Shown here in pieces: positions 1 through 16,244 of a DNA stretch of 64,000 nt. The stretch's first letter is position 1. Each line of letters begins with the position of its first letter. A program made the position numbers and the translations under genes. Source of the stretch: the human T2T-CHM13v2.0 reference genome, Homo sapiens. The DNA lies in assembly GCF_009914755.1 (NCBI RefSeq), contig NC_060942.1. One strand, 5' to 3'. A model generated the notes under the pieces. The model searched no databases. It was not told the DNA's origin and saw nothing but the letters and a program-made list of their open reading frames with translations.

Positions 1-99
1 GACTGACTAGGTGACAAAACAGCACAGAAACTATGTATCTTTCATACTATTCAGACAGGTTTATGACAAAAACACAGGTCAGAATTTGAAACATTGTCA

Positions 100-2600
100 T
101 TTTAATAGTTTTTATAAATATATTTTTAAATTCACAGATGAAATATGTATTTATTTTGTGAAATAGTATTTTGAAGTAAATATACATTGTCAATGCCTAA
201 TTTTAGCTAATTGTCAAATGCTTTGCCTCACATAGTTACTATTTTTGTGGTGAGAAGACAATATTTACTGTCAGTATTTTTTCAGAAATACAATACATGC
301 ATTATAATCTCTTGAACTTATTTTTCTTATCCAACTGTAATTATGTAATCAAGATATGTTTTGTAGAATCCACATGTGAGTGAAATCATGAGATATTAAC
401 CTTTCTGTGCCTTATTTCAACAACTATAGTGTCCTTTAGGTTTATCTTTGTGATTAAAAATAAGATTTTCTGTTGAAAATACAGTATTCAATTGTATATA
501 TATACCATAGTGTCTGTATTTCATCATTGGATGATGGACACATGTTGATTCTATGTTTTGGCTTCCGTAAAGTGTGCTGCAACAAACACAATTGCAGATG
601 TCTGTTCATCAATCTAGTTTCATTTGTTTTGTGATAGATATCCAGTAGTTCAATTACATGTTAGAGTTTAATTGTTTTGCAAAATTTCTATTTTTCATAA
701 TGGCTGTTTTTATTTACATTGACACAAACAGTGTGAAAGCTCCTCTCTTTCTCTTTTTTCAAGTTTACCAACAATTTTTTAAACATTTTAACAGGAGTGA
801 GTTTATATGTTAGAGTTGTTTTTGTTTGCCGTTCCTTGATGATAATTGACTTTGAGCCATATTCATCTGTCTGCCAAGCTATATGTATGTCTTTCTTTGA
901 AAATTATTTATATAGATCTTTTGCTTATTTTTCATGGTTATTTGTTTTTTGTTGTATAGTCCTATGAGTTTCTTGTACATTTTTGATATTAACTGTTTTC
1001 ACATGTGTAATTTGCAAATATTTTCTTCCATTTTTCAATTATGTCATTCTGCTGATTGTATCTGTTGGTGTGCAGCAGCTTCTTAATTTTAAGGAATCTG
1101 ATTTGTCTATGTTCCCCTAAAATTTTGAGGTTAAATCCAAGAGTCACTGCCCAGACCAATGTTATGGGGCATTCATTCTATATTTCCTCATCTTAGTTTT
1201 AGATTTTCAGGTCTCATATTTAAGTATCTAATTTGAGTTAATTTTTATATATGGTGTGAGATGAAGGTCTGATTTTATTATTTTGTATGTGGATATATAT
1301 TTTCTCAATATCATTTATAAAACAGACTGCTCTTTTTTTAAAAAAAATTGTCATCTTTATTTACAATCAGTTGTCTGTAAATACATGAATTTATTTCTGG
1401 TCTTTCTCTTTTGCTCTGTTGGCCTTTGTGTGCATTTTTATGTAAGTAACACTCTGTTTTGATTACTGTAGCTTGTTGGACATTTAAAAGTCAGGTAGAG
1501 TGATTCCTTCAGCCTTTTATTTTTCATTTTTTGCTGGATTTTCTTAGCTATTAAGGCCTTTTGTGGGGCAATATACATTTTAGATTTTTAAAAAAATTTC
1601 TGTGGAGAATTTAACTGGTATTTTAATAGAAGTTTTATTATATCTGTATATCAGTTTGTGTAATGCAGATATTTAACAATATTAATCATGCCCATTTATG
1701 AATTAGAATATCTTTTTGTTTGAATATTATTTTCTAACTTTTTTTTTAGATTATAATGTACAGATCTTTCACCCTTTTGGTTACATTCATTTCTAAGCAT
1801 AGTTACTGCTGCAATTATTGTAGATGGGATTGTTTTTTGGTTTTATTTTCAGATACTTTATTGTTAGTGTATAGAAATGTTACTGAATTTTTTATATTGA
1901 TTTTGTATCCTGCAAGTTTAATAAATTTGTTTATTCTAATAATTTTTTGTGAAGTCCTAGGTTTTTCTATACTTAAGATTATATCATCTGCAAGGAAAAT
2001 ATAATTTATCTTCTTCATTTTATTTAAGATTGCTTTGATTTTATTGAATAATTCTTCTGTCTTGGTCATTTTGTATTATGTTCAGTAAGATCAAAGAAAT
2101 TGGGCTGGGTGTGGTGGCTCACACCTGTAATCCCAGCACTGTGGGAGGCAGAGGTGGATGCATCACGAGGTCAGGAGACCAAGACAATCCTGGCTAACAA
2201 GATGAAACCCCGTCTCTACTAAAAATACAAAAATTAGCCAGGCGTGGTGGCAGGCACCTGTAGTCCCAGCTACTCAGGAGGCTGAGGGAGGACAATGGTG
2301 TAAACCTGGGAGGCAGAGCTTGCAGTGAGCCAAAATTGCACGACTGCACTCCAGCCTAGGCAACAGAGTGAGACTCCGTCTCAAAAAAAAAAAAATGGAT
2401 TGGAGAAATTGGACATCCTTGTCTTGTTCTAGCTCTTAGAGAAAAGTCTTAGTTTTTCCTTATTTAGTATGTTAGGTGTGCATCGTTTTTACATATGACA
2501 TTAACTTGAATTGCATTTATTTTATAACTGGTTCAAGAGATTTATTATGAGGAGATATTGTTACACTTTCATTATGCATCTATTTGAATGTTACATTTGT
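100..2600 (-). mobile_element. Old L1 (L1MA-like) 3' portion
   Basis: L1 3'-end and ORF2 similarity (ORF 1815-2069 LFADDII-like, KLAGYKINI); contains an AluY. Confidence 0.75.
2103..2395 (+). mobile_element. Alu (AluY-like)
   Basis: Full dimer with A-tail. Confidence 0.92.
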
Positions 2601-2602
2601 GT

Positions 2603-5352
2603 CATCCAATCCCACAAAAATACAAAAGATACTTGCAGACTACTATAAATATCTCTGTGCACACCAACTAGAAAGTCTAGAGGAAATGAATAAACTCTTA
2701 GAAATATACAACCTCCCAAGATTGAATCAGGAATAAACAGAAGTCTTGAAGAAACCAAAAATGTGCAAACAAATTGAATTGGTGATAAAAAAAAAACCTA
2801 CCAATTATAAAAAGTGCTAAACCAGATGCATTCACAGCATGATTTTATCATGTATACAAAAATGAGTTGGCTGTAATTCTACAGAAAGTATTCCAAAAAA
2901 TCAAAGTGGGACTCCTTCTTAATTAATTCTATCATATAATATCAGTCTCATCTTGATATATTAATCAGGTAAAGACACAACAAAAAAAATTACAGGCCAA
3001 TATCCCTGATGAATACAGACACAAACATTATTCATGAAATGCTTGCAAACTGAGTCAGGAAATCAAAGTTATTTCACTGCAACTATGTGGACATTATTCT
3101 GTGAATGCAGGAATGTTTTAACATGTGCAATCTATAAATGTGATTCAGCATATAAAAATAATTAACAAACAAAACCACATTACCTCAATAGATGTGGAAA
3201 TAGCAATTAATAAAATGTAATATCTATTTTTGAAAAAAATTCTCAAAAAACTAGGCATTGAAGGAACATACCGCAAAATAATTACACCCATATAAGACAA
3301 ATCCTCAGCCAACATCATACTGAACAGGTGAAAGATTAATGCATCCTTCCTAAAAATTGAAATAAGAAAAGAATGTGCACTTTCACCACTCCTATTCAAC
3401 ACAGTTCTGAAAGTTTTAGCCAGAACAATCAGGCAAGATAAAGAAAGAAAAAGCACTCAAATAACAAAAGAGGAAATCAACTTATCTGTCTTTACTGATG
3501 ATATAATTTTCTACCTACTTCAAAGACTACTCGAAAAGACTCCTAAGCCTAATAAAAGACTTCAGCAAAATCTCAGCAACAACAACAAAAAGCAAAACAA
3601 CATTCAAAAATGAGAAACATTTCTATACACCAGTAACACTTAAGCAGAGCAAAATTAAGAACACAATCCAGTTTACAATAGCCAGAAACAAAAAATAAAA
3701 TAGTAATCCATTAAACAAAGGAGGTTAAATATCTCTACTAGAAGAACTACAAACCACTACTGAAAGAAATCAAACACAGTGCAAATAAATGGAATAGTAT
3801 TTCATGCTAATGGATTAGAATTATTAAAAAGTTCATACTGCCCAAAGCAATTGACAGTTTATTTCTATTTCTATCAATCTACCAATGCCATTTTTTATAA
3901 AATTAGACAAAAAAACTATTCTAAAATTTATATGAAAACAAAAAAGCTCAAATAGCCAAGGCTATACTAAACAAAAAGAATAAACCTGGAGACATTATGT
4001 TACCAAACTTCAAACTTTACCACAAGCTACGGTAACCAATATAATATGGAAGCAGATACACACACACACACACCCCTATTGAATAGAAGAGAGAGCCCTG
4101 AAATGAAGCTGAACTCTTGCAATTAATTGATTTTTGACGGCACCAACAGAAACAAATGGAAAGAACTCCCTACCCAATAAAAGGTGCGGGAAAAACTGTT
4201 TAGTCATATGCAGAAGAGGAAAACTCGACCGCTACTTCTCATGATATAGAAAATTAACTCAAGACACATTAAAGACTTATCTGTAAGAGTTCAACCTATA
4301 AAAATCCTAGAAGAACACCTAGAAAATTCTCTCCTTGGCATTGGTCTCTGTAAAGAATTAATGACTACATCCTCAAAAGTGAAAGCAACAAAAATAAAAA
4401 TTAAAAATTGTGACCTGCACAGCAAGAGAAACTATTAACAAAATAAACAGACAACCTATAGTATGGGCTAAAATATGTGTAAACTGCATACAATAAATAA
4501 CTAATATATATGTTTTATAAGGAATTTAAGAAAAAATGTTGACAAAAAATGTGAACCTATACTTTTAAAAGAAAGACAAAAAAAGCAGCCAACAAACATG
4601 AAAAATTGATCAACATTTCTAATTATTAGAGAGATGTAAATCCAAACCACAATGTGATACCATCTCACCCCAGTCTAAATGGCTATCATGAAAAAGTAAA
4701 AAAAAAAAAAGATGTTAAAATTGTGTAGAAAAGAGAACCCTGATATACTCTTAGTGGGAATGCAAATTAGTTCAGCTCCTGTAGAATGCATTTTGGGGGT
4801 TTCTCAAAGGACTAAAACCAAAGTTACCATTTGACCCAGCAGCCTCACTACTGGGCATATACCCAAATACAAATAAATTACACCTGCACTCATATGCTTA
4901 TTGCAGCACTAGTCACAATAGCAAAGACATGGAATGAAACCATGTGCTCATAAATTTTAAGATGGATTTTAAAAATTATGTAATTACACACCATCCAATA
5001 CTATGCAGCCACTGAAGAAGAATCATGTAATACTCTTTGCAGCAACATGGATGCAGCTCAAGGTCATGATCCTAAGCAAATTAACACAGAACAGAAAACC
5101 AAATACTACATTTTCTCACTTATAAGTGGAAGCTAAAATTGGGTACACATGGAAGCAAAGATGAGAACAATAAACACTAAGGATTCCAAAATGGAGGGAG
5201 AAGGGGGTACAAGGGTTTAAAAGTACTTGTGATGTATAATGTACACTACTTGGGCAATGGGATTATTAATTGCCCAAACCTCAACGTCATGCAGTATACC
5301 TATGTTACAAATCTGCACGTGTATCCTTGAATCCAAAATAAAAATAATAAAA
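2603..5352 (+). mobile_element. 5'-truncated L1 (L1PB-like) ORF2 3' part, 3'UTR and A-tail
   Basis: Degenerate ORF2 sequence ending ...gtatccttgaatccaaaataaaaat. Confidence 0.85.
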
Positions 5353-5554
5353 TACTTTGTGATATAATGCCATGTTAGATTTCTCCAGTTTTGTTTAATG
5401 GTTGGAATTAAGGGTGGAAGACATAGAATTTTGTCCCCTTTAGACATAGGGGTGAATGTTTCTATAACAGGTCTCCTGACATCCTATAAGCGATTTTCTC
5501 TGAAAGCTCTTGGCCTTAGTCTTGGGTGTGCAGCTAAAATAAATGACTGTCCAT

Positions 5555-5753
5555 CAAGCTTGTCCAACTCACGGCCTACAGGCTTCATGTGGCCCAGTAT
5601 GGCTTTCAGTGCAGCCCTAAACAAGTTCATAAACTTTCTAAAAGCATTATGAGTTTTTGGTGATTTTTTTTATCATCATTGGTGTATTTTATGTATGGCT
5701 CAAGACAATTCTTCTAGTGTGTCCCAGGGAAGCCAGAAGATTGGACACCCCTG
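5555..5753 (-). mobile_element. MER30 (hAT-Charlie MITE)
   Basis: Ends caagcttgtccaac ... ttggacacccctg. Confidence 0.8.
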
Positions 5754-6767
5754 CTCTACATTTTTATTTTTCATCTATTTACAGTATGCTAGATGATAGT
5801 GTTAACTTATTACTCTTTGGGAAACAAAGATGGTCTGTGGTTTAGTTTTTTTAGAACCATTTTTGAAAATATGAAGCTATGATAATCATACCTAAGTGAC
5901 ATAATAAGGAAATAAAATTTCTAGAAAAAGCATGAAAGTGTTATGGTTAAAGTTCAAGAACAATGAAACAGGAGTATTGGTTATTTAAGACAGCAGTCCT
6001 GCAAAGGCAATCATTTCATCACAACCATTTTGGTGACAAAGAATAATGTGTCAGAAGGAATTTTTAGAATAATTTTCTGATTATGTGGCAGTGTTAAATT
6101 TTTATTTGTATTATTTGTCATATATAAGTCTGTAAATCAAAAAGAAGATGGCATGACTTTCAGATGAATCTTTTCACACATATATTCTCTGTAGAAGGGC
6201 ACTGTTGTGTTTTTAAAAAGGGTTAGCATTGCTGGCTTTCATTGTGCTGATATGCTTGCGTGCTAAATGAAGGCAGAAAGTGAAGCAGAGTCAACCAGGA
6301 TGTCTCTAGTTTCTACATCCACATCATCTGAAATCTAGTGTTATGTCAACTAGAAATAATCCTGGGGCTAAGTATTCTAAAACTAAAAAAAATGCATTGA
6401 TAAATATAGTTTTAGTTTATTTTTATAGTTTATAAAAATTTATTGTTTCTGACTTATTACAAGTCAAAACAATTTGAACATGCAGATAACTAAAAGTTCC
6501 ATCTAGATGATGGTATTAATATTTAATAACTTATGATTGTGAGCCACAATTGCCCCATTTGGCTTACTGAAAAGCAGTATTTTAAATGGAGAATAGGATT
6601 TCCATAATTCCAAGCATACAGATCTTTTAAGATAAGCACTATGTTTAGATGTGAATAGATTGTGTTTGTAGTAACAGAAACTTTAATATTTTTTCTAATA
6701 GGAGCAAAAAAGCAATAAAAATAGGTAAAATTAGTTCAAAAGAAACTTCACATGTGGTCATTAAAGG

Positions 6768-6941
6768 AGTAGCTGGGTTTACAGGCATGTGCCACCATGC
6801 CCAGCTAATTTTGTATTTTTAGTAGAGATGGGGTTTCACCAGGTTCATCAGGCTGGTCTCGAATGCCTGACTTCAGGTGATCCCCCCACCTCGGCCTCCC
6901 AAAGTGCTGGGGTTACAGGTGTGAGACAACATGCATGGCCG
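6768..6941 (-). mobile_element. Partial Alu (AluS), right arm mostly deleted
   Basis: Left monomer and linker only. Confidence 0.85.
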
Positions 6942-8253
6942 GAAAAAGTATTCTTATGTTACTGTTTCTGAAACTTTCAGAAACTTTAGTCGACTCAATG
7001 GATGATGATGTACATGCAGACCACAAATTATAAATAAAATAATAGGCTCCTTTTAGCTTTTAACATTAAAACTAAATATATGTCAAAAGTAAAATTAGTG
7101 GCTCTTTTAAGTCATGAGAAGAATGTCAGTGTTAGAAAGCCTTTACCAAAATATTTGTGTTAGGCTTAGTAATGAGTGCTTTGCACCAAAAATTAAGTTC
7201 ATTTGTTTTTATATGTGTCTTTTTTCTTTTTTTGTTATTTCTAGAAGTATTTTAATTTTAAAATGTAAACTATGACTGTGTTAAATGCCTTCATTTCCAT
7301 GCCTTTTTGTTAATATTTTGCCTGACTGAAAAGATGAGTTTAAAAAAAAAATTTCTTGAATCAAGACCATTAATTAACATAGAGACAAAATAGCAATGAA
7401 AATCGACCTTGATTAGTAAAACAATTATCTAGCTCTTGGTAATCCTTACCTGTCTCACTCAACATAAAGTCTACATCTTTGCATCTCTCTTAGTTATAAG
7501 GAAGTGGCGTTTGATCGAATTGGTCAGCACAACATTGGGTAAAATGTAACTATGTTTTGGTCTGACAGTTACGCTTATTTATTACCAAAGAAGTTGATTT
7601 TTTTAGTATGTGATATTTTACTATTTTCTATTTATTTAGGGAAACTAAACTGACAAAGCATGAAATTAAAATTTTATTTCAAATGGAAAATGCTTAAACA
7701 TGTTTTATCGTAACGAAAGCTAAAAATATTTTTGGATAAATTAAAGAACATCTCAAGTACTTCAAGTTACCTTCCCCTGACAGTAGATTATATTTTACTT
7801 TATTGCTAAAATTGAGTTTGGCTGTCTTTTTTGGCTGTATTCATCATTCTATTTTTTTGTGCAATATTTGCATCATGCATCTCACATTTTAATAGTTGTA
7901 GTTCATGTGATGTGATTTTCAAACAATTGTCCTATTGACATGGCAAGCCATCTGCTTAATCAGCAGTCACTTTATTTTCAGTCTTTTCAAAGCCACTTTG
8001 TCTGAAAAGCAAAGAGACAATTCAACCCAGTGTGCCAAGCTGGTCCCCTCCAGTGACCATCTATTCAAATTCACACAGGCAATCTCTGGTGAAGGAAGGA
8101 AGGTGCACTTCAACAGCATTTTCACAGCAAAGTGGAACAGATATTATAACATAAAAGATGAAACATTGCCTTCAAGGAAAAATAGTTGATTTTTCTTATT
8201 CTGTGTACAGGAGTATCTGATGGTTGTAAGGTTGAGAATAAAGAGTAAAGTTG

Positions 8254-8712
<459 letters not shown>

Positions 8713-9029
8713 TCATCTGGAGTTGATGTCGTTGATTCTTAGGTTCTCAGACATAAAACTATTAAATTATTATTGATAAAAATATTAGGTTTTATTTGCC
8801 TGTTTGTTTTACTACAGAATATTTGATGCCAGTAAGCTTAAGTCCCTTGAACCTTTGAAAAAAATGCTTTAGCTTTTCCTGTTTGGAAAGTCAAATTTGG
8901 TCAAAAGTAAATATAACAACAAACTTGAATATAAATTATTTTTTAATTTTTAATTGAATCCAAACAATTGAATAAAACAATACATTTGATATTTACTTCA
9001 GTATATGTCAGAAATTTTCAAAAAATTCA

Positions 9030-9832
<803 letters not shown>

Positions 9833-10163
9833 AAAACTATACCTGCTTTCATGACAAATCATTTTATGATCACATTAATTTTCAATTTAGCCATGTTTTG
9901 TAGTAGACTTCAGTAAAAGTCAGCTGTGGTCCAAATGTAAATACTGACATATTAGAGAAGAAAATGTTGATGATAAAGAATATAAAACAAAGCATAAAAG
10001 TGCTTGCCTTGATTTATTCCCAACCACCAACTCTGAGACCAAGATTTAACTGTTACATCAACATTGTCCACAGTGGAAAAAGCAGAATTTTAAAATCAAA
10101 CACATCTCAGCTTGATTTGGGACATTAGCTGTGTGTCCAGGATAAATTATTCCACAAGCTTGA

Positions 10164-10463
<300 letters not shown>

Positions 10464-10662
10464 TAATCTTTATTATGTATAGAATTACTATTTCTTCCAG
10501 GGCTATTTTAATTCATACATTGTAGCTATAAGTATTTTTCATTAAAAGTCTTGTCTAAATATGGTAAATATTTGAAAATAAGATTATCATTTAAAAATAT
10601 TTTATTGTAATTGTATACGTTCTGTTATATTTAATGTATTTTTTAAATGGTAATTTTTTATT

Positions 10663-11730
10663 TGTTGCAGGATGTCACAGTACCCAAACGGAGGGACTGG
10701 CTGAAGCCATGGCAGAAGAATGTGGATCGTGAAGATTTTATGGACATGTATTAGTTTCCCAAATTAATACTTTTATAATTTCCTATGCCTGTCTTTACTG
10801 CAATCTCTAAACACAAATTGTGAAGATTTCATGGACACTTATCAATTCCCCAATCAATACCCTTGTGATTTCCTATGCCTGTCTTTACTTTAATCTCTTA
10901 ATCCTGTCAGCTGAGGAGGATGTATGCCACCTCAGGACCCTGTGATAATTGCATTAACTGCACAGATTGTAAAGCATGTGTGTTTGAACAATATGAAATC
11001 TGGGCACCTTGAAAAAAGAACAGGATAACAGCAGTTGTTTAGGGAATAAGAGAGATAACCTTAAATTCTGTCCACTGGTGAGCTGGGTGGAACAGAGCCA
11101 TATTTCTCTTCTTTCAAAAGCAAATGGGAGAAATATCACTGAATTCTTTTTCTCAGCAAGGAACATCCCTGAGAAAGAGAATGCACCCCTGAGGGTGGGC
11201 CTATAAATGGCCTCCTTGGGTGTGGCCATCTTCTGTGGTCAAAACTGTAGGGATGAAATAAACCCCAGTCTCCCGCAGTGCTCCCAGGCTTATTAGGAAG
11301 AGGAAATTCCTGCCTAATAAATTTTGGTCAGACCGGTTGCTCTCAAACCCTGTCTCCTGATAAGATGTTATCAATAACAATGGTGCCTGAAACTACATTA
11401 GCAATTTTAATTTTGCCCCGGTCCTGTGGTCCTGTGATCTTGCCCTGTCTCCGTTTGCCTTGTGATATTCTATTACCTTGTGAAGTACGTGATCTTTGTG
11501 ACCCACACCCTATTCATACACTCCCTCCCCTTTTGAAAGTCCCTAATAAAAACTTGCTGGTTTTGTGTCTTGGGGGGCATCATGGAACCTACTGACATGT
11601 GATGTCTCCCCTGGATGCCCAGCTTTAAAATTTCTCTCTTTTGTATTCTCTCCCTTTATTTCTCAAACTGGCAGACACTTAGGGAAAATAGAAAACAACC
11701 TACTTGACTATCAGGGCAGGTTCCCCCATA
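10663..11730 (+). mobile_element. MER11 solo LTR (HERV-K11/HML-8 family)
   Basis: Starts TGTTGCAGGATGTCA...GGAGGGACTGGCTGAAGCCATGGCAGAAG; has TATAAA and AATAAA; 6-bp TSD TTTATT at 10657-10662 and 11731-11736. Confidence 0.88.
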
Positions 11731-12297
11731 TTTATTGGCATAATAGACTAAGGGTTTCTATATTGACTTTGGTAATTTTTACAAATGGTTTTTGCCTGGT
11801 ACTGTTGAAGTTAGGTTGAATTTTGAACCAGTAGATTTGTTGTTTACCTTATGTGGTTTTGGGTTCATTTGTTCTATATGTATAATGCGTATCCTTTTGG
11901 GGATAATTTGGCTTTATTTCTGCTTTTTTATTTTTACATCTGGGACTGGAGAAATTGCTAGAATTTCAATAAGGTTGACTTGAAATCAGGCAACAGAAAA
12001 TCCCAGAAAACACTGAAGGTTTTATGTACTGGATAATGCCTTTAGGTGAGGCTTATACATAAAACACAATTCAGTAAAATTTATATAATCATTACAAGTT
12101 TGTTAAATTTGATAACAAAATGCCTATGACATATTAGGCACTTGTCTTAGTTTGTCTTTGACATGCCTATCTTGGAGAAGCTGATATTACATGAAAGGAT
12201 ATTACTAATATAATATAATAAGAAGTGGAACAAATACTTATGTGCTAGAAACATTCCCCTTAATAACCCTTAAATACATTTTATTCTGGCTCAATTC

Positions 12298-12592
<295 letters not shown>

Positions 12593-13862
12593 TGACTCAA
12601 TTCTTTTGGCACAACTATTTTTTGTCCCACAGGCTTCTTCCCACCAAATTTAAGCCATGGTGTTTTCAAGTTTGTATTTTTAGTTTTATTTGCTTGTTTT
12701 GTTTTTTACTTTTTTGGAAAGGGGAGTGTGGGCTTACCTCTGTGAAATGAGATCAGCCTATTTGTAGTTTTACCTAGTAAGCTTCATAGTTGACATCATT
12801 ATATTGAGTTTCCCTAGGCCACCCTGAGCTTCAGAGCTGACCATCCTACCTCATTCCTCTTGGTTTTTCAGGCTCTGATGTTAAGTCCCTCTCACTTCAA
12901 ATTTGAGCTTTCATAATGCCTCAGTTCGAAAGAAGCAGAAGAAAGTGTTGCCATATTTATCTGGGTGAGGATCAAGACTTTACATCCAACATTAATAGTA
13001 AAAAGCAACACTTTTAATAATGTGGACATGTTTCACTCAAATTAAATATAAGCAGTTTTAGCAACATGCCAATATAGTCAAAATAAATAACTATCAAGTT
13101 AACCAAAATGTTCTGCTTTAGATTTTCCCAGCACAAAGATCAATATGTATGCATTGGTGGATGTTAGGGTTTTTTTGGTTTAGGTTTTGTATGTTTCTTT
13201 GTTTTTATTTTTTACAGATTTTCATCCTACTTTACATTGATGTAAATCTAACTACCCAAGGCTTACCAGAAGCTTTATTTTACATTATTTCTACCAAAAA
13301 TTCATATCCTCAAATATTAAAGGTGGCATTCTGTATTACCATTTTTCAAGTAATGTAGTCTGCATTTATTAGTACATTTCAATATATGTTTTTTACATGG
13401 GGTAAGGTTATAAAAATGCCATGCAGTTGATTTTCTAGGTAACAACAGAATCTGTTTTCTCAAACAGTAGCATGAGAATTCTTGATATACCACCTTCAGA
13501 GGTACTGAAAACAACTATATAATTTTGCTGAAATTTGGATTTTTTCATAATTTCTTCAGAGGCTGAGTCATGGCAACATATGACAGCTGAATTTATTCTT
13601 CTTGTCTAAATGTTGTGGAGCCACATCCACCTGTGTAAATAACACTAACTGGGTAAAATATTTTTTATACTAAGCCAGAAATCATTATACCTGGTGGTTT
13701 TATTTTAAATATATGAACAGTATTCTATAACATTCAAATAAGTAATAGAAATTTAATTCTATATATATGGAAAGAAAATTTATACAGGCACACTGAGAAT
13801 AAATTGGAATCTGGAACTGAATGCTGGTTAGCATGGCCTATAAAATCATAAGCAAGTTAATT

Positions 13863-15418
13863 ACTTCTAAGATACAATGAGGGTACAGGCATTGGATGAG
13901 GATGCTCCTATTCCAAATAGGAGAACTGGACAAAACAAAGGGGCTAAAGGCCCCATGCAAGTCCAGAATCCAGCAGGGTGGTCATTGAATTTTAAAGCTC
14001 CAAAATAATCTCCTTTGACTCTATGTCTCACATTCAGGTCACACTGGTGCAAGAAGTAGCCTCCCATGGTCTTGGGCAGTTCTGCCCCTGTGCCTTTGCA
14101 GGGTACAGCCCCATTCCAAGCTGCTTTCATGGGCTGGCATTGAATGTCTGCAGCTTTTCCAGATGTACAGTGCAAGCTGTTGGTTAATCTACCATTCTGG
14201 GATCTGGAGAACAGTGGCTCTCTTCTCACAGTTCCACTAGGCAGTGCCCCATTGGGTACTGTGTGTGAAGGCTCTGACCTCACATTTCTTTTCTGCACTG
14301 CCCTAACAGAGGTTCTCCATGAGGGCTCCACCCCTGCAGCAAACTTCTGCCTGTATATCCAGGCTTTTCCTTACATCTTCTGAAATCTAGGTGGAGGTTC
14401 CCAAACCCCAATTCTTGACTTCTGTGCACTCACAGGCTCAACGCCACATGGAAGCCAACAAAGCTTGGGGCTTGTACCTACAGAAGCAATGGTCTGAACT
14501 GTACCTTGGCCCCTTTGAGCCACAGATGTAGTGGCTGGGACACAGGGCACCAAGTACCAAGGCTGCACAAAGCAGCAAGGTCTGGACCCTGCACACAAAG
14601 CCATTTTTTCCTCTTAGGCCTCCTGGTCTGTGATGGGAAAGGCTTCTGTGAAGGTCTCTGACATGCCCTGGAGACATTTTCCTCATTGTCTTGGTGATTA
14701 ACATTAGGCTTCCTGTCGCTTATGCAAATTTTTGCAGCTGGCTTGAATTTTTCCCCAAATAATGGGTTTATCTTTTCTATAGCATTATCAGGCTGCAAAT
14801 TTTTCCAAACTTTTATGCTCTGCTTCACTTTTAAATGTAAGTTTCAATTTCAGATCATCTAAATTCAAAGTTCCACAGCTCTTTAGGGCAGGGGGAAAAT
14901 GCTGCCAGTCTCTGCTTAAGCATAGCAAGAGTGACCTTTGTTCTAGTTCCTAATAGGTTTCTCATCTCCATCTCCAGACCCAAAGTCGCTTTTACATTGC
15001 TAGGTATCTTTATAGCAGTACCCAACTCTACCAGTATGAATTTACTGTATTAGTCCATTCTCACACTGCAATAAAAATCTTCCCAAGACTGGGTAATTTA
15101 TAAAGCAAAAAGGTTAAATTGACTCACAGTTACTCGTAGCTGGGGAGGCCTCAGGAAACTTACAATCATGGCAAAAGGCAAAGGAGAAGCAAACTGGACC
15201 TTCTTACATGACAGCAGGAGAAAGAACATGTGTGTGTGTGCAGAAAAAACTACCATTTATAAAACCATCAAAATTCATGAGAATTTACTCAGTATCACAA
15301 GAACAGCATGGGGGAAACCACCCCCCATGATCCAGTCACTTCCCACCAGGTGTCTCCCTTAACACCTGGGGATTACAATTCAAGATGAGATGGGGGTACA
15401 CAAAGCCTAACCATATCT
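13863..15418 (-). mobile_element. MaLR THE1 (THE1C/D-like): LTR 15046-15418 plus truncated internal region 13863-15045
   Basis: TGTATTAGTCCATTCTCAC...AACCATATC LTR; THE1-int-like ORFs at 13867-14828; second LTR absent. Confidence 0.85.
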
Positions 15419-15927
15419 ATCATAAAGACATAGTCCCAATTCCCTGATATCCCTGCTTCCTGACCCCTGTGTGAGACAGGCTATGTGTGTCCCAGAATGG
15501 CCTGTTTCTCTTGATTTGGGGGGCAGTGTATTAAGCACCTTTCAGCAAAATTCACCTTCTCTTTATGAATTAAGTCCTAGGCACCATTCACAATGCCAGC
15601 TCTCAATAAATTTGTTACTGTAATTTTTTTCCAGAAGTGATATCGGAGCGGAAACACAAAGCAAAAGAAACCTAAAGATAGGTAATGCTGAATGGTTGGA
15701 AAGTATATTTATGAAAGAGCTATGCTTCACAAAAGCATCTTTGCTATGATTCAAGGGAGAAATCGTTAAACACCAACCCCATCATATCCACATAAATCCA
15801 GCAATCTAGAGACTGTTGGTCTTTTTTCTTTTCTGCATTATGTTTCTGCTCTCAGTAAAGCAAGTTTTTAATTGTAATATTGAAGCATTGGAAATTTAAC
15901 ACTAAGATACTTTCAAAAATAAGTGCT

Positions 15928-16244
15928 TTTTTTTTTTTTGTTTGTTTTTGTTTTTTTTTGACAGAGTCTCACTCTGTCATCCAGGCTAGAGTGCAGTGGC
16001 GTGATCTCGGCTCGCTGCAATCTCTGCCTCCCAGGTTCATGCCATTCTCCTGCCTCAGCCTCCTGAGTAGCTGGGACTACAGGTGACTGCCACCACACCT
16101 GGCTAATTTTTTTTTTTTGTATTTTTAGTAGAGACGGGGTTTCACCATGTTAGCCAGGATGGTCTTGACCTCCTGGCCCCGTGATCCACCAGGCTTGGCC
16201 TCCCACAGTGCTGGGATTACAGACGTGAGCCACCGCGCCCGGCC
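15928..16244 (-). mobile_element. AluY-like
   Basis: Full dimer, reverse orientation. Confidence 0.9.

Noticed and set aside
6995-7060. Box C/D snoRNA suggested by ATGATGA
   Set aside because: No suitably placed box D (CTGA) or terminal stem.
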